From contig JAGHVJ010000004.1 in assembly GCA_018064365.1 (NCBI GenBank), forward strand, positions 8,686 to 72,685: DNA of 64,000 nucleotides. The letters run 5' to 3'. Shown one piece after another: positions 29,130 to 38,355 of the stretch. This DNA comes from Candidatus Enterousia onthequi. GTDB taxonomy: Bacteria; Pseudomonadota; Alphaproteobacteria; Rs-D84. The notes under the pieces were generated by a model. It was not told the DNA's origin. It saw nothing but the letters and a program-made list of their open reading frames with translations, and made no database searches. Position numbers and translations under genes: made by a program. The first letter of the stretch is position 1. Each line of letters starts with the position of its first letter.

Positions 29130-30086
29130 TTAGGCAGATTCTAAAATTTCTTTCAATTCCATCATATCGTCTGGCAAAGGCGATTTGAAAGTCATCTGTT
29201 CGCCAGTAATTGGGTGTTTTAACGATAAATACGACGCGTGCAACATTTGACCGTTATGAGTTTTCAAAAAATCCAATAATTCAGGGTCTTTGACACTGCC
29301 CAGACGGGTTGAACCACGGCCATATATCGGGTCGCACAAAACAGGAAAACCATGTGCAGATAAATGAACCCTGATTTGATGAGTTCGACCAGTCAATAAA
29401 GTACAACGAAAATGAGACACACCAACACCGTTCCACACATCAACAACATTGACATGGGTTTCTGCGGGTTTGCCACCGGATTTTACCATTGTCATTTTCT
29501 GTCTGTTTCGTGAAGAACGCGCAATATTTCCGATTATGGTTGCACCCTCCCAATTTGGGACACCCCAAACAAACGCGTCATATTTGCGTGTCAAATCATG
29601 TGTTGAAAATGTTTTAACCAATTCACGATAGGCAGCATCTGTTTTTGCAAAAATCATAACGCCAGACGTGTCTTTATCCAGACGATGCACCACCCCAGGC
29701 CGCACATCACCACCCAATCCAGATAATTTTGTGTAGCACAACAAGTTTTGAACCAATGTTCCTGTTTTATTCCCAGCCGACGGATACATCACAACACCGC
29801 GTGGTTTATTTATTACGATAATATCATCGTCTTGGTATAAAATATCCAAATCAAAATCAGTCGACATATTATTTGACGCAATCATGGTATTTGATTCTGG
29901 TTCTGGGACAATAACAAAATATTGTTCGCCCAAGCGCACACGGTCTGAAAATTTTACCGACACACCACCACGCGACACAGAAAATTTTTGTATTTCACTG
30001 CGTGAAAATTCAGGCATTTTTCCACATAAAAATTTATCTAACCTAATACCGACATCTGCATCGGCAACTGTAAATTCCATTTGCAT
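29130..30086 (-). CDS. rluD: RluA-family 23S rRNA pseudouridine synthase (RluD-like, with S4 domain)
   Basis: IRLDKFL (S4 domain) ... HRLDKDTSGVMIFAKTDAAY ... TGRTHQIRVHL. The start is set at MQMEFTV (30086), 2 nt after the upstream stop. Confidence 0.85.
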   Translation of the reverse strand: MQMEFTVADADVGIRLDKFLCGKMPEFSRSEIQKFSVSRGGVSVKFSDRVRLGEQYFVIVPEPESNTMIASNNMSTDFDLDILYQDDDIIVINKPRGVVMYPSAGNKTGTLVQNLLCYTKLSGLGGDVRPGVVHRLDKDTSGVMIFAKTDAAYRELVKTFSTHDLTRKYDAFVWGVPNWEGATIIGNIARSSRNRQKMTMVKSGGKPAETHVNVVDVWNGVGVSHFRCTLLTGRTHQIRVHLSAHGFPVLCDPIYGRGSTRLGSVKDPELLDFLKTHNGQMLHASYLSLKHPITGEQMTFKSPLPDDMMELKEILESA

Positions 30087-30088
30087 AT

Positions 30089-30556
30089 TTATTTCCCATA
30101 TTTTGACCAATTTGGACCAACAGTACATTTCGATAAATCAATATTAAAATCGTAATCGCCTGTGGCCGGACACGTCAATAAACCAGTGGTTTCTGACTGG
30201 GGCGCATCGGCGGTTGCATTATGATACGCAAATTGCACTGTTTTTGGATTGGCAACACATATCAAGCGCAAATTTCCAACAACCTCGCCAGACGGGGACA
30301 CCCAAATGCGAACACTGTCTGCGGCACCATAGCAAGGAAACGCATCCAAATAATACAAAACCAAACCATTTTTTACCAATGAACGCGAACTGCCTGTGAT
30401 TTTACCACTGTATTGCGATAAAGGCAACCCGGTAACACCAGACCAATCAACCGTTGTTGAAAAAAGACTTACCCGTGGGGCCGGCATCTGCGGTGTGTCA
30501 TCTGCAAATGCGTTGACACAGCAAAAAACAGACAAAATTGCGATTATTTTTTTCAT
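30089..30556 (-). CDS. secreted hypothetical protein (155 aa)
   Basis: Signal peptide MKKIIAILSVFCCVNAFA. The mature part has 4 Cys. Overlaps the upstream gene by 4 nt (ATGA). No family recognised. Confidence 0.65.
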   Translation of the reverse strand: MKKIIAILSVFCCVNAFADDTPQMPAPRVSLFSTTVDWSGVTGLPLSQYSGKITGSSRSLVKNGLVLYYLDAFPCYGAADSVRIWVSPSGEVVGNLRLICVANPKTVQFAYHNATADAPQSETTGLLTCPATGDYDFNIDLSKCTVGPNWSKYGK

Positions 30557-31065
30557 TTTTCGAAATCCTCTAATTTTACAACAATCTTTTTGACCCCCAT
30601 TGACGGTGCACGCAAAGTATAAACAAAACCTGCACGCGCCCCCGCATCCAGTAATGTGACCGGTGGATTAAATGTTTCCGGTGCATTTACAGAATTGCCT
30701 TTTTCATCATATGTCATAATTATCAGATTTGGCGCACCGTAAATTCCGTCTGATTTATTTTCAATTATACCAGACACGATAAAATGATTTATGCCGTTGC
30801 CATCGGGTGCCAATTCTGTTTTTACGATATTTGCCACCAATGGCGAATTGTTATCTGATTTAGCATGATAATGTACCACCACCACAATCGAAAATATTAT
30901 TGCAGATAACAATGCGCACAATGCCGCCACAAAAACAAAAAATTGATTCTTTTTATTGGATGTTTTTACCATCCATGTATGACCACATATTGCACAACAT
31001 ACCGGATTGGCCGGAATTTTATTCAAACTGTATTCTGTTTTACAAAAATCACATTTTATTTTCAT
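30553..31065 (-). CDS. zinc-ribbon (MJ0042-type) membrane protein with a DUF3426-like periplasmic domain
   Basis: MKIKCDFCKTEYSLNKIP...CCAICGHTWMV (CxxC...CxxC), followed by one transmembrane helix and a beta-rich C-terminal domain. Confidence 0.7.
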   Translation of the reverse strand: MKIKCDFCKTEYSLNKIPANPVCCAICGHTWMVKTSNKKNQFFVFVAALCALLSAIIFSIVVVVHYHAKSDNNSPLVANIVKTELAPDGNGINHFIVSGIIENKSDGIYGAPNLIIMTYDEKGNSVNAPETFNPPVTLLDAGARAGFVYTLRAPSMGVKKIVVKLEDFEK

Positions 31066-31088
31066 AACATTTCCATTTATATCATAAA

Positions 31089-32408
31089 TTATTGCAATTT
31101 CAACAAACTATATTTCGCACGCACTGTATTCGCAATTTCATTTAATGCGTTGGTATAATCTGTGACTGTGGCATTTGCATTTGATGCCACCGCACGAAAA
31201 CGACGCCCAGATACGGTTGATTGGTCAAATTCTAAATCACCCAAATAACTGACCATACGATTCAAATCCCCCAGATACAAATCTGAAAAATTCGCAGTTC
31301 CATTTGCAACATTCCAATAATAATTCGGATTTGACGGAGATGTGATTTTTGATGTGACTGTTAAACGCGGTGTCACAGACCCCGCATATCCAACCGTTAT
31401 CTGCAATGCATTTATACTGCCGTAACGCATTTTGACAGAACCATTGATAGTTAAAATCACAGGTCTGTTGTCTGAATTTGTAATCGATAATGTCGGCAAT
31501 GTTAAATCTGTCACATACAAATCATTTGTTGTGAACGATGAAAATTTCGCGGTGCCAGATAAAGACAATCGGCCTGATATTTCCATATTTCTGGAATCAG
31601 CGGTCAAAGAGCCAGATACAGTCGCACTTTTAGTATAAAAAGCACCGTCAATCGTTGTTCTATTATCAAAAATCAATTCACGCGTATCAACACGACCGAG
31701 TTTTAAAAACTCATCAAACGAACCATTTATAAAGTTTATATTTTTTGTGTTCAAAATATCTTGTCCACCAAGATTTAATGACGAACGCATTGTCGCATCG
31801 TCTGGGTCATCTGTGGGGACACGCCACAGATACAATGCATTATCTCGATTTACTGCGGTTGTGCCGACGATACCAGAATCTGATGCAGCAATTCCTAAAT
31901 CAGATACAGATGTGCGCCACGAACCGTTTGCGCCATATGCATGTTTCCCATCAACAAAGCCCACATTACCCCCAGCCATATTTAATATTTGACGCGTACG
32001 AAACGGTGTAATTTTATCAGAATCATATACAACAACCCCTTGTAATGTTGATTGCCCATCAAAATCACGAGATTTAATTATACGCAATTGGTATTTTACA
32101 TCTGGGTTATTTATAATACCGTCAGACAAACCGTATTTTTCTAAATCTGAAATATCAATTCGGGAAATATGACGACCATACGGTTTTAATAACATTTCAC
32201 GATTTTCTATGATATATCGTTCCAAAGCACCTTGGATATCTGTCATTTGTCGAGTAATTGCGATATTTTCACGTCGTTCTATGGCACTGCGTTGATATTT
32301 AAATACAAATGGAATTATCAACATAGCCAAAGCAACACTCAACAACAATTCAACCAGCATACTGCCACATTGTTGTTTTAATAAAGATTTCTTATCTATT
32401 GTTTTCAT
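31089..32408 (-). CDS. large prepilin-like protein, PilV/shufflon-N-like, paralogue 3 (439 aa)
   Basis: Class III signal ...KQQCG|SMLVELLLSVALAMLIIPFVF (Glu at +5). Also carries ALYLWRVPTDDPDDATMRSSLNLGGQDILNTKNI, and has a T/S/N-rich repetitive C-terminal half. Confidence 0.7.
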   Translation of the reverse strand: MKTIDKKSLLKQQCGSMLVELLLSVALAMLIIPFVFKYQRSAIERRENIAITRQMTDIQGALERYIIENREMLLKPYGRHISRIDISDLEKYGLSDGIINNPDVKYQLRIIKSRDFDGQSTLQGVVVYDSDKITPFRTRQILNMAGGNVGFVDGKHAYGANGSWRTSVSDLGIAASDSGIVGTTAVNRDNALYLWRVPTDDPDDATMRSSLNLGGQDILNTKNINFINGSFDEFLKLGRVDTRELIFDNRTTIDGAFYTKSATVSGSLTADSRNMEISGRLSLSGTAKFSSFTTNDLYVTDLTLPTLSITNSDNRPVILTINGSVKMRYGSINALQITVGYAGSVTPRLTVTSKITSPSNPNYYWNVANGTANFSDLYLGDLNRMVSYLGDLEFDQSTVSGRRFRAVASNANATVTDYTNALNEIANTVRAKYSLLKLQ

Positions 32409-33658
32409 TTATTTATACTTTTTTTGGTTTGCCAATCAGCAGACATAATCGCACTGAATTCTGATTTGTTTGGTGTTGTGGTTATTTTTGTTCGTCCCAA
32501 GTTTAATTGTGAAAATGTCGGCATTTGTGTTGATGGAAAAATCCACGAACCGATTTTTAACGGGGCTGTACGCGACAACAATAATTCGCCAGATACAGTC
32601 AAACCAAAATCACCATAAAAAACTAAATCTGTGGTTGTCACATACGGTGTATAAACAGTATTCGCAGATATTGCTGTAAATGCATTTACGGTACGCGTGC
32701 CAGATGATTTCAATTTAAATAAATTGCCAATTCTAACCGATTTATTTATTGTCGCACTGTCTGTAATTACAGTACCTGTATTACTGAAAGTCGAACCATT
32801 TAATGTATTTGCTGTAATATTACGAAATCCGCTGATATCACCCAGCGCACGAATTGTTTCAATATCTGCATCTGCGCCTTGGATATTTGCACCAGATGAA
32901 AAATACACGGAACCAGCCACCGCATCGTCTGATTCTAGAAATGTTGTATTAGCATTTTTACCAGAAACAGTTTTTGCATCCAATACACCAATATCCAGTA
33001 AATCTTTGCCGCCCATATTCAAATTACGCAACATCGCATTCAGATTATCAGATACAGATTCTTGCGAATCTTTATCTTTTGAATTTGTTTGTGTGTTATC
33101 TGACGATGCGCCACGATGTAAAAAATTATTTCTATCTTGTCCAGAAAAATTATGCGACACACGATAAACTAAATCGCCAGGTGTAAAATCTGGGGCTGCA
33201 GCCGCCCAAGTCGCACCATATGCAATTCCGTCGTCAGACACAATTGCAGCATCACCGCCAATTTGTCGTGCAATTTGATTTGTACGCACAGCCGAATCAG
33301 ACACACGAAAAACCAAATATACATCCGTAATATTTGTTCCGCGAAATTGACGTCTATCAATAAATGCCGCAGATACCAACGGAGAAATTTCTTTGACTTC
33401 TTCGGATGTTAATTGTATTTCTGTAGCATTATCCCAATCTTCTTGATGAACACGAATATAGTTTAACGCGCCATCTTGTATATCAACGATTTTTTGTGCA
33501 ACAGATACATTTTCAATATCGTTGTATGTTCGTTGAATTTGTTTATACATAAACGGCGCAGCCACAGCAATTATTGATATGGCTAAAATAACCTCTATCA
33601 GTGATGTTCCACGCGATTCATTATTAAAAATTTTTGTTTTATATACAGTCACTGCCAC
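32405..33658 (-). CDS. large prepilin-like protein, PilV/shufflon-N-like, paralogue 2 (417 aa)
   Basis: ...NESRG|TSLIEVILAISIIAVAAPFMY (Glu at +5), VAQKIVDIQDGALNYI, and NLNAMLRNLNMGGKDLLDIGVLDA. Confidence 0.7.
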   Translation of the reverse strand: MAVTVYKTKIFNNESRGTSLIEVILAISIIAVAAPFMYKQIQRTYNDIENVSVAQKIVDIQDGALNYIRVHQEDWDNATEIQLTSEEVKEISPLVSAAFIDRRQFRGTNITDVYLVFRVSDSAVRTNQIARQIGGDAAIVSDDGIAYGATWAAAAPDFTPGDLVYRVSHNFSGQDRNNFLHRGASSDNTQTNSKDKDSQESVSDNLNAMLRNLNMGGKDLLDIGVLDAKTVSGKNANTTFLESDDAVAGSVYFSSGANIQGADADIETIRALGDISGFRNITANTLNGSTFSNTGTVITDSATINKSVRIGNLFKLKSSGTRTVNAFTAISANTVYTPYVTTTDLVFYGDFGLTVSGELLLSRTAPLKIGSWIFPSTQMPTFSQLNLGRTKITTTPNKSEFSAIMSADWQTKKSINK

Positions 33659-34994
33659 CTGCCATTAAACATTGTTTTGCATTGATTCTTTGTTCCAGAC
33701 GCGACCAAAACAAATATTCACATAATACATGTTGCGCCACAGACGATGCATTATAATTTTCGCCCATACTGGTTATCACAGATTGACAAGTCAATGTTTC
33801 ATCACTGTCGCGTTTTGGATATTTCAAAATTGCAAAATCATTATTATTTACCCCAGCCACACGGACATCTGGTAAAACAGTTGTACTGGCAGGACGAATA
33901 TCAACAATAACCGCACCAGTATCACCTGCATCCAAAGCCTTGGATGTTTGATCGCGCAATGTGATATGCGATGCAACAACATTTACCGCAGAAATTCCAC
34001 TGGACGCACTGGTTGTTACGGTAGCGTCTTCAACATACGCATCTTGGCCACTGGAAACATTTAAATAAGACCCAACCTCTAATCGTTCTGTAGTCAGGGC
34101 AATATATTCTGTTTCCATATTGCCACGCACATCCCATGTCGTCGGCCCTGTAAACCCGGTACGACCCGCCGTCATATCAAAAGAATAAACCGACGCTGTA
34201 TCCGATTCGAAATTACCCGTCGAGCCATATTCTGAAATTGTTTTACTAAATACATTCTTTGCCTTTAAAGCACCACGTGTCAATGCCAATGCCGAACCAC
34301 CAGATTTAGATTGAAAAATACTTTTATCTGCGGTCAATACGGTTATTTTATTTTTTGAACCACGCTCTCCTTCGTTGCCAGAAATTCCCAAAGTATCAAA
34401 AGTCGCACGTTCAGATACAATATTATGCCCAATTACATGGTTTACATTTTCTACGGAAAAATTATTCATATCCAAATCCGCCAAGAACGCAGAATTTGTA
34501 AGATTCGATTCGTTACGACGCACAACCTCTTGATACAATGTATTCAATGGGATACCAACCATCAAACCCGTAGTAGTGCGTTCTGCATAAAAACCGATTC
34601 TGCGAACCATTTCTGCGACTTGAACAGTTGTCAATTTACCGCCATCAATCATTAAACGTCCACTAACACCTGTTTCATTTTTATCGACAATTAAATATAT
34701 ATCTTGGCCAAATGCAGTTTGTGGTATATATCCCAACGGCAAACCATACGGTTCCAACATATCACCAAAATCATTTCCACGAATCGTTGTCTGGCCATAA
34801 GAAAGAGTATCTACATTTTCACGAATAAAAATGCGTGCCGCGGTTTGTGCAGTATCTATTTGATGCACAGAAGAATACATTTTGGCATCCACGTCATTTA
34901 CAATCAAACGACGCGTTAAAACAGGCATAAAAACAAACAGCAAAGAAATTGCCAATAATGCCTGCAACAAAAAATTTCCACGTTGATTAAACAA
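33639..34994 (-). CDS. large prepilin-like protein, paralogue 1 (451 aa; Gln at +5; TTG start)
   Basis: MFNQRG|NFLLQALLAISLLFVFMPVL, followed later by SAFLADLDMNNFSVENVNHV. The C-terminus has 4 Cys. Confidence 0.6.
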   Translation of the reverse strand: MFNQRGNFLLQALLAISLLFVFMPVLTRRLIVNDVDAKMYSSVHQIDTAQTAARIFIRENVDTLSYGQTTIRGNDFGDMLEPYGLPLGYIPQTAFGQDIYLIVDKNETGVSGRLMIDGGKLTTVQVAEMVRRIGFYAERTTTGLMVGIPLNTLYQEVVRRNESNLTNSAFLADLDMNNFSVENVNHVIGHNIVSERATFDTLGISGNEGERGSKNKITVLTADKSIFQSKSGGSALALTRGALKAKNVFSKTISEYGSTGNFESDTASVYSFDMTAGRTGFTGPTTWDVRGNMETEYIALTTERLEVGSYLNVSSGQDAYVEDATVTTSASSGISAVNVVASHITLRDQTSKALDAGDTGAVIVDIRPASTTVLPDVRVAGVNNNDFAILKYPKRDSDETLTCQSVITSMGENYNASSVAQHVLCEYLFWSRLEQRINAKQCLMAGGSDCI

Positions 34995-35153
34995 AAAACA
35001 TTCTCTCTATTTGATATTTATATATAGAGATTAGCAACAGAAAAAAGATATTGCAATCAGTTTTAAGATGTTTTATATTTGTTTTAAGTTATTGGTTGAT
35101 TTTGAATAAATAACAACCAAGTTATTTCAATAAAAAATTATAAAAGATAAAAA

Positions 35154-35486
35154 ATGCAAAATAAAAAAAATCAGTCTTCTGTTGGGTTGATGATTCAACG
35201 TTGTCATAAATGGCGTATGCGCCGCAAACAATTAACAGACCAAGCACGCACAACATCTGACGAAGTCGAACGCGAACGCTTGCTCCAGGCGGCAGAACAT
35301 TGTGTCCGTATGACAAATGCAGAACAGGATAAAATAGATTCTATCCGCGACACCAAAGAAAAAGCCGCCGCCGTAGCCGAGGCCGAAGCAGAAATGCGTG
35401 CTGCAGAAAAAAATCCTGAATCAGATGCAAAATCCGATGAAGAAGACGAAATGGGTTTTCCTGATTTCATAACGAATTTGAATTAA
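35154..35486 (+). CDS. hypothetical charged, coiled-coil-like protein (110 aa)
   Basis: A 110-codon ORF is long for an AT-rich context. It has a basic N-terminus and an acidic C-terminus (AEAEAEMRAAEKNPESDAKSDEEDE). There is no clear Shine-Dalgarno and no family recognised. Confidence 0.4.
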   Translation: MQNKKNQSSVGLMIQRCHKWRMRRKQLTDQARTTSDEVERERLLQAAEHCVRMTNAEQDKIDSIRDTKEKAAAVAEAEAEMRAAEKNPESDAKSDEEDEMGFPDFITNLN

Positions 35487-35561
35487 AAACTAATTTATAT
35501 TATTTGTTGAAATTTTACTTTTCTTTGGTATGGTGAATACTAATCAAGGAAAGTGTTTATC

Positions 35562-37100
35562 ATGGATAATAATTATACTGTATTAGCGCGTAAATATCGC
35601 AGTCAAGATTTCAAATCTTTAATTGGGCAAGATGTGTTGGTAAAAACACTAACAACCGCAATCAATACGGGGCGCATTGCGCACGCATATATTTTCACTG
35701 GAATTCGTGGAACTGGAAAAACCAGTACTGCACGTATTTTGGCCAAGGCATTAAATTGTTTATCAAATAATGGCCCAACCCCAGAACCGTGTGGTGTGTG
35801 CGAAAACTGTCGTGCAATTGCGGCAGGTCAACACATTGATGTTATGGAAATTGACGCGGCTTCGCATACAGGTGTTGATAACATTCGTGATATTTTGGAT
35901 GCTGCACAATATCGTCCAACAAACGGTCGATACAAAGTTTACATTATCGACGAAGTTCATATGTTATCTACGGCGGCATTTAATGCTTTGCTAAAAACAT
36001 TAGAAGAACCACCTGCACATGTGATTTTTATTTTAGCAACAACTGAAATTCGCAAGGTACCTGTGACAATTTTATCACGATGCCAAAGATTTGATTTGGT
36101 ACGCGTGCCGATTGAGACATTGAAAAAGCACTTTGCGTGGATTGCAAATCAAGAACAGATTGAATTATCGGATGCGGCAAATGAATTGTTGGCGCGTGCG
36201 GCGGACGGTTCTGTGCGCGACGGATTATCTTTACTGGACCAGGCAATCGCACAAACTGGTGGTCATGTTGATGAACAGGCTGTTATGGATATGTTAAAAC
36301 GCGCAGACCGTAATGTGGTTGTTGATTTTATGGATATAATTTTATCTGGGGATACTGCACGCGCGTTGGAAATGGCAGACAATATTTATACCAATGGTGC
36401 TGATTTGCTAATGTTATTATCAGATATGATGGAATGGACACATTGGGCAACGCGTATGCACCCGGCATTAAATGCGGGCGATTGCGCATCTTCGCCATAT
36501 ACTGCCGACCAACGCGAAAAAACTCGCAAAATTGATGCACGCGTGTCGTTAAATATTCTTTCTCGTATTTGGCAGGTTATGGTTGCGGCTGTTTCTGAAA
36601 TGCAAATGTCTGGAAATCAAAAACAATGTTTTGATATGTTGATTGTGCGTATGATGCATATTGCAGACATGCCAAGTGTGGCCGAGATTTTAAAGAATAA
36701 TACAACTGCAAAACCGGCACAACCTGTGCCACAACCCACTGTGCAACCCACAACACCTGCGGCAAACAAAATCACAAATTCTGCAGAACTGTTGCACGCG
36801 ATGCAGTCTGACAAAGAAATTTTGTTATGCACATATTTTTCTGAAAATATTGAAGTATGTGAAATGTCGGACGGTAAAATAAATTATTTTGACCGCAAGG
36901 GCGATACAAATTTTCCAATAAAATTATCTGCATGGTTGGAAAAACACACGGGACATCCATGGACATTGGTGCATTCAAAAGAATCTTGTAATGTCCCAAC
37001 TGCGATTGAACATAGACAACAAGAATTGGCGGCAGACCCCATGATGGCAGAGGCCATGGGATTGTTTGAAGGTGCCGAAATTGTCGAGGTTTCTAAATAA
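35562..37100 (+). CDS. dnaX: DNA polymerase III subunit gamma/tau
   Basis: ARKYRSQDFKSLIGQD, FTGIRGTGKTSTARILAKALNC, CGVCENC, YIIDEVHML. The ATG at 35562 has an AAGGAAAG Shine-Dalgarno. Confidence 0.95.
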   Translation: MDNNYTVLARKYRSQDFKSLIGQDVLVKTLTTAINTGRIAHAYIFTGIRGTGKTSTARILAKALNCLSNNGPTPEPCGVCENCRAIAAGQHIDVMEIDAASHTGVDNIRDILDAAQYRPTNGRYKVYIIDEVHMLSTAAFNALLKTLEEPPAHVIFILATTEIRKVPVTILSRCQRFDLVRVPIETLKKHFAWIANQEQIELSDAANELLARAADGSVRDGLSLLDQAIAQTGGHVDEQAVMDMLKRADRNVVVDFMDIILSGDTARALEMADNIYTNGADLLMLLSDMMEWTHWATRMHPALNAGDCASSPYTADQREKTRKIDARVSLNILSRIWQVMVAAVSEMQMSGNQKQCFDMLIVRMMHIADMPSVAEILKNNTTAKPAQPVPQPTVQPTTPAANKITNSAELLHAMQSDKEILLCTYFSENIEVCEMSDGKINYFDRKGDTNFPIKLSAWLEKHTGHPWTLVHSKESCNVPTAIEHRQQELAADPMMAEAMGLFEGAEIVEVSK

Positions 37101-37129
37101 CAAAAACATAACACAGGAGAGGTTTTGTC

Positions 37130-37585
37130 ATGCAACAAGAATTAGGACGTTCTTTGATTGAAATATTGGGTGTGTTGGCGATTGGCGCAGTTATGACTGT
37201 TGGCGCGTATAAGACATACGGGGCTTTGCGTGCGAATCAAATACGCAATCTGGCAATCAGCGAAATGGAACAAGTTGCACGCGATACAAAAATTTTACTG
37301 GAAACACGCGGTGATTACACCGGTGTTTCGATTGAATATTTGGTCAAGGCCGGCGCAATTTCTAACATCAAACCACCATTGGGTGATGATTGGTATATTG
37401 AATCTGGGGTGACTGGTCAAGATTTTTCTATCAACTTGGTGAACATCAGTGATAATGATTGTGCATATTTGGCAACCAAGAAATTAGATTGGGCAAAATC
37501 TGTGTCTGTGAACAAAATTACAACGGCGGGCGCAGAAAGTTGCATCCCAGGAAACAGAAATTTAGTGTCTATTATCGTAGAATAA
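37130..37585 (+). CDS. type IV pilin-like protein (151 aa)
   Basis: MQQELG|RSLIEILGVLAIGAVMTVGAY has a short leader, Gly at -1 and Glu at +5. A C-terminal Cys pair (C111, C138) resembles a pilin D-region. A GGAGAGG Shine-Dalgarno lies upstream. Confidence 0.75.
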   Translation: MQQELGRSLIEILGVLAIGAVMTVGAYKTYGALRANQIRNLAISEMEQVARDTKILLETRGDYTGVSIEYLVKAGAISNIKPPLGDDWYIESGVTGQDFSINLVNISDNDCAYLATKKLDWAKSVSVNKITTAGAESCIPGNRNLVSIIVE

Positions 37586-37588
37586 CAA

Positions 37589-38260
37589 ATGAAATTAAAA
37601 GTTGTTTTTTTAAGTTTACTTTTGTCGGGGTGTATGCAATACACCAGCCCCAGTCATGACACATGGGATTTTTATCTGAACGGTGCCAGTTTTATGGATA
37701 TGAACGAAACATCTAAAATCGCAAAACGCCCTGTATATTTGGGACACGGTGGAAAATTATTAAATGCAAACATTGATAAATCGGCGACATTGGATTATGG
37801 GGACAAAACAACCAATGACAATATGGCCAGTCGTGAATATATGGCAAAATTAGAATACGATTTATATGATTCTTTACGAACTGCGGGGGTATCTGTTGAA
37901 CGCGCAGGAACAGATGTCGTTGTAATTTTGGTTCGCGACGCTATTATTTCTCCTGATGTTGGCGATATTTCGACTGGGGGGGCAAATGTTTTAGAAACAA
38001 TTGCACAGTTGTTGCGTAAATACAATTCTACATATTTAGAAATTGCAGGATATACCGATTCTATGCGCGATTCAACGGCGGCACGACGCATGTCGTTGGA
38101 CATGGCGGAACGCGTTGGGGTATATTTATCGCAAAAAAATATAAATCCGGCGCGTATGTTTATTGTTGGTCGCGGGTCTGCCCGTCCGATTGCTGCCCAA
38201 GATGGATTGGGACGGTTGACTAATCGACGGGTCGAAATCAGATTGGCACCTGCACGATAG
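37589..38260 (+). CDS. OmpA-family lipoprotein
   Basis: Lipobox LLLSGC. The C-terminal OmpA_C domain reads LEIAGYTDSMRDSTAARRMSLDMAERVGVYL...GRLTNRRVEIRL. The start lies 3 nt after the pilin stop. Confidence 0.85.
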   Translation: MKLKVVFLSLLLSGCMQYTSPSHDTWDFYLNGASFMDMNETSKIAKRPVYLGHGGKLLNANIDKSATLDYGDKTTNDNMASREYMAKLEYDLYDSLRTAGVSVERAGTDVVVILVRDAIISPDVGDISTGGANVLETIAQLLRKYNSTYLEIAGYTDSMRDSTAARRMSLDMAERVGVYLSQKNINPARMFIVGRGSARPIAAQDGLGRLTNRRVEIRLAPAR

Positions 38261-38355
38261 CATTTGACTTTATCCAAATATTCCCTTTTATTTTAATTTT
38301 TTTATTGCTATACTGCGTTTAGCCAAAAAGAACACAAACAAAAAGGAAGGATATT

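Noticed and set aside
31089-34994. A true shufflon, with invertible C-terminal segments bounded by sfx-like 19-bp inverted repeats and an Rci recombinase.
   Set aside because: I saw no repeated 19-bp inverted sequences within or between the three genes, no partial C-terminal cassettes and no tyrosine recombinase gene in the window.
35000-35561. An SRP (4.5S) RNA gene upstream of dnaX, as found in several bacteria.
   Set aside because: The conserved GGAAGCAG-type helix-8 motif and any compact GC-rich hairpin are absent from this AT-rich spacer.
36511-36525. A programmed -1 frameshift site in dnaX at cgcgaaaaaactc.
   Set aside because: The A-run is read GAA-AAA-ACT in frame 0. It therefore does not form an X-XXY-YYZ slippery heptamer in the correct register, and no downstream hairpin was apparent.
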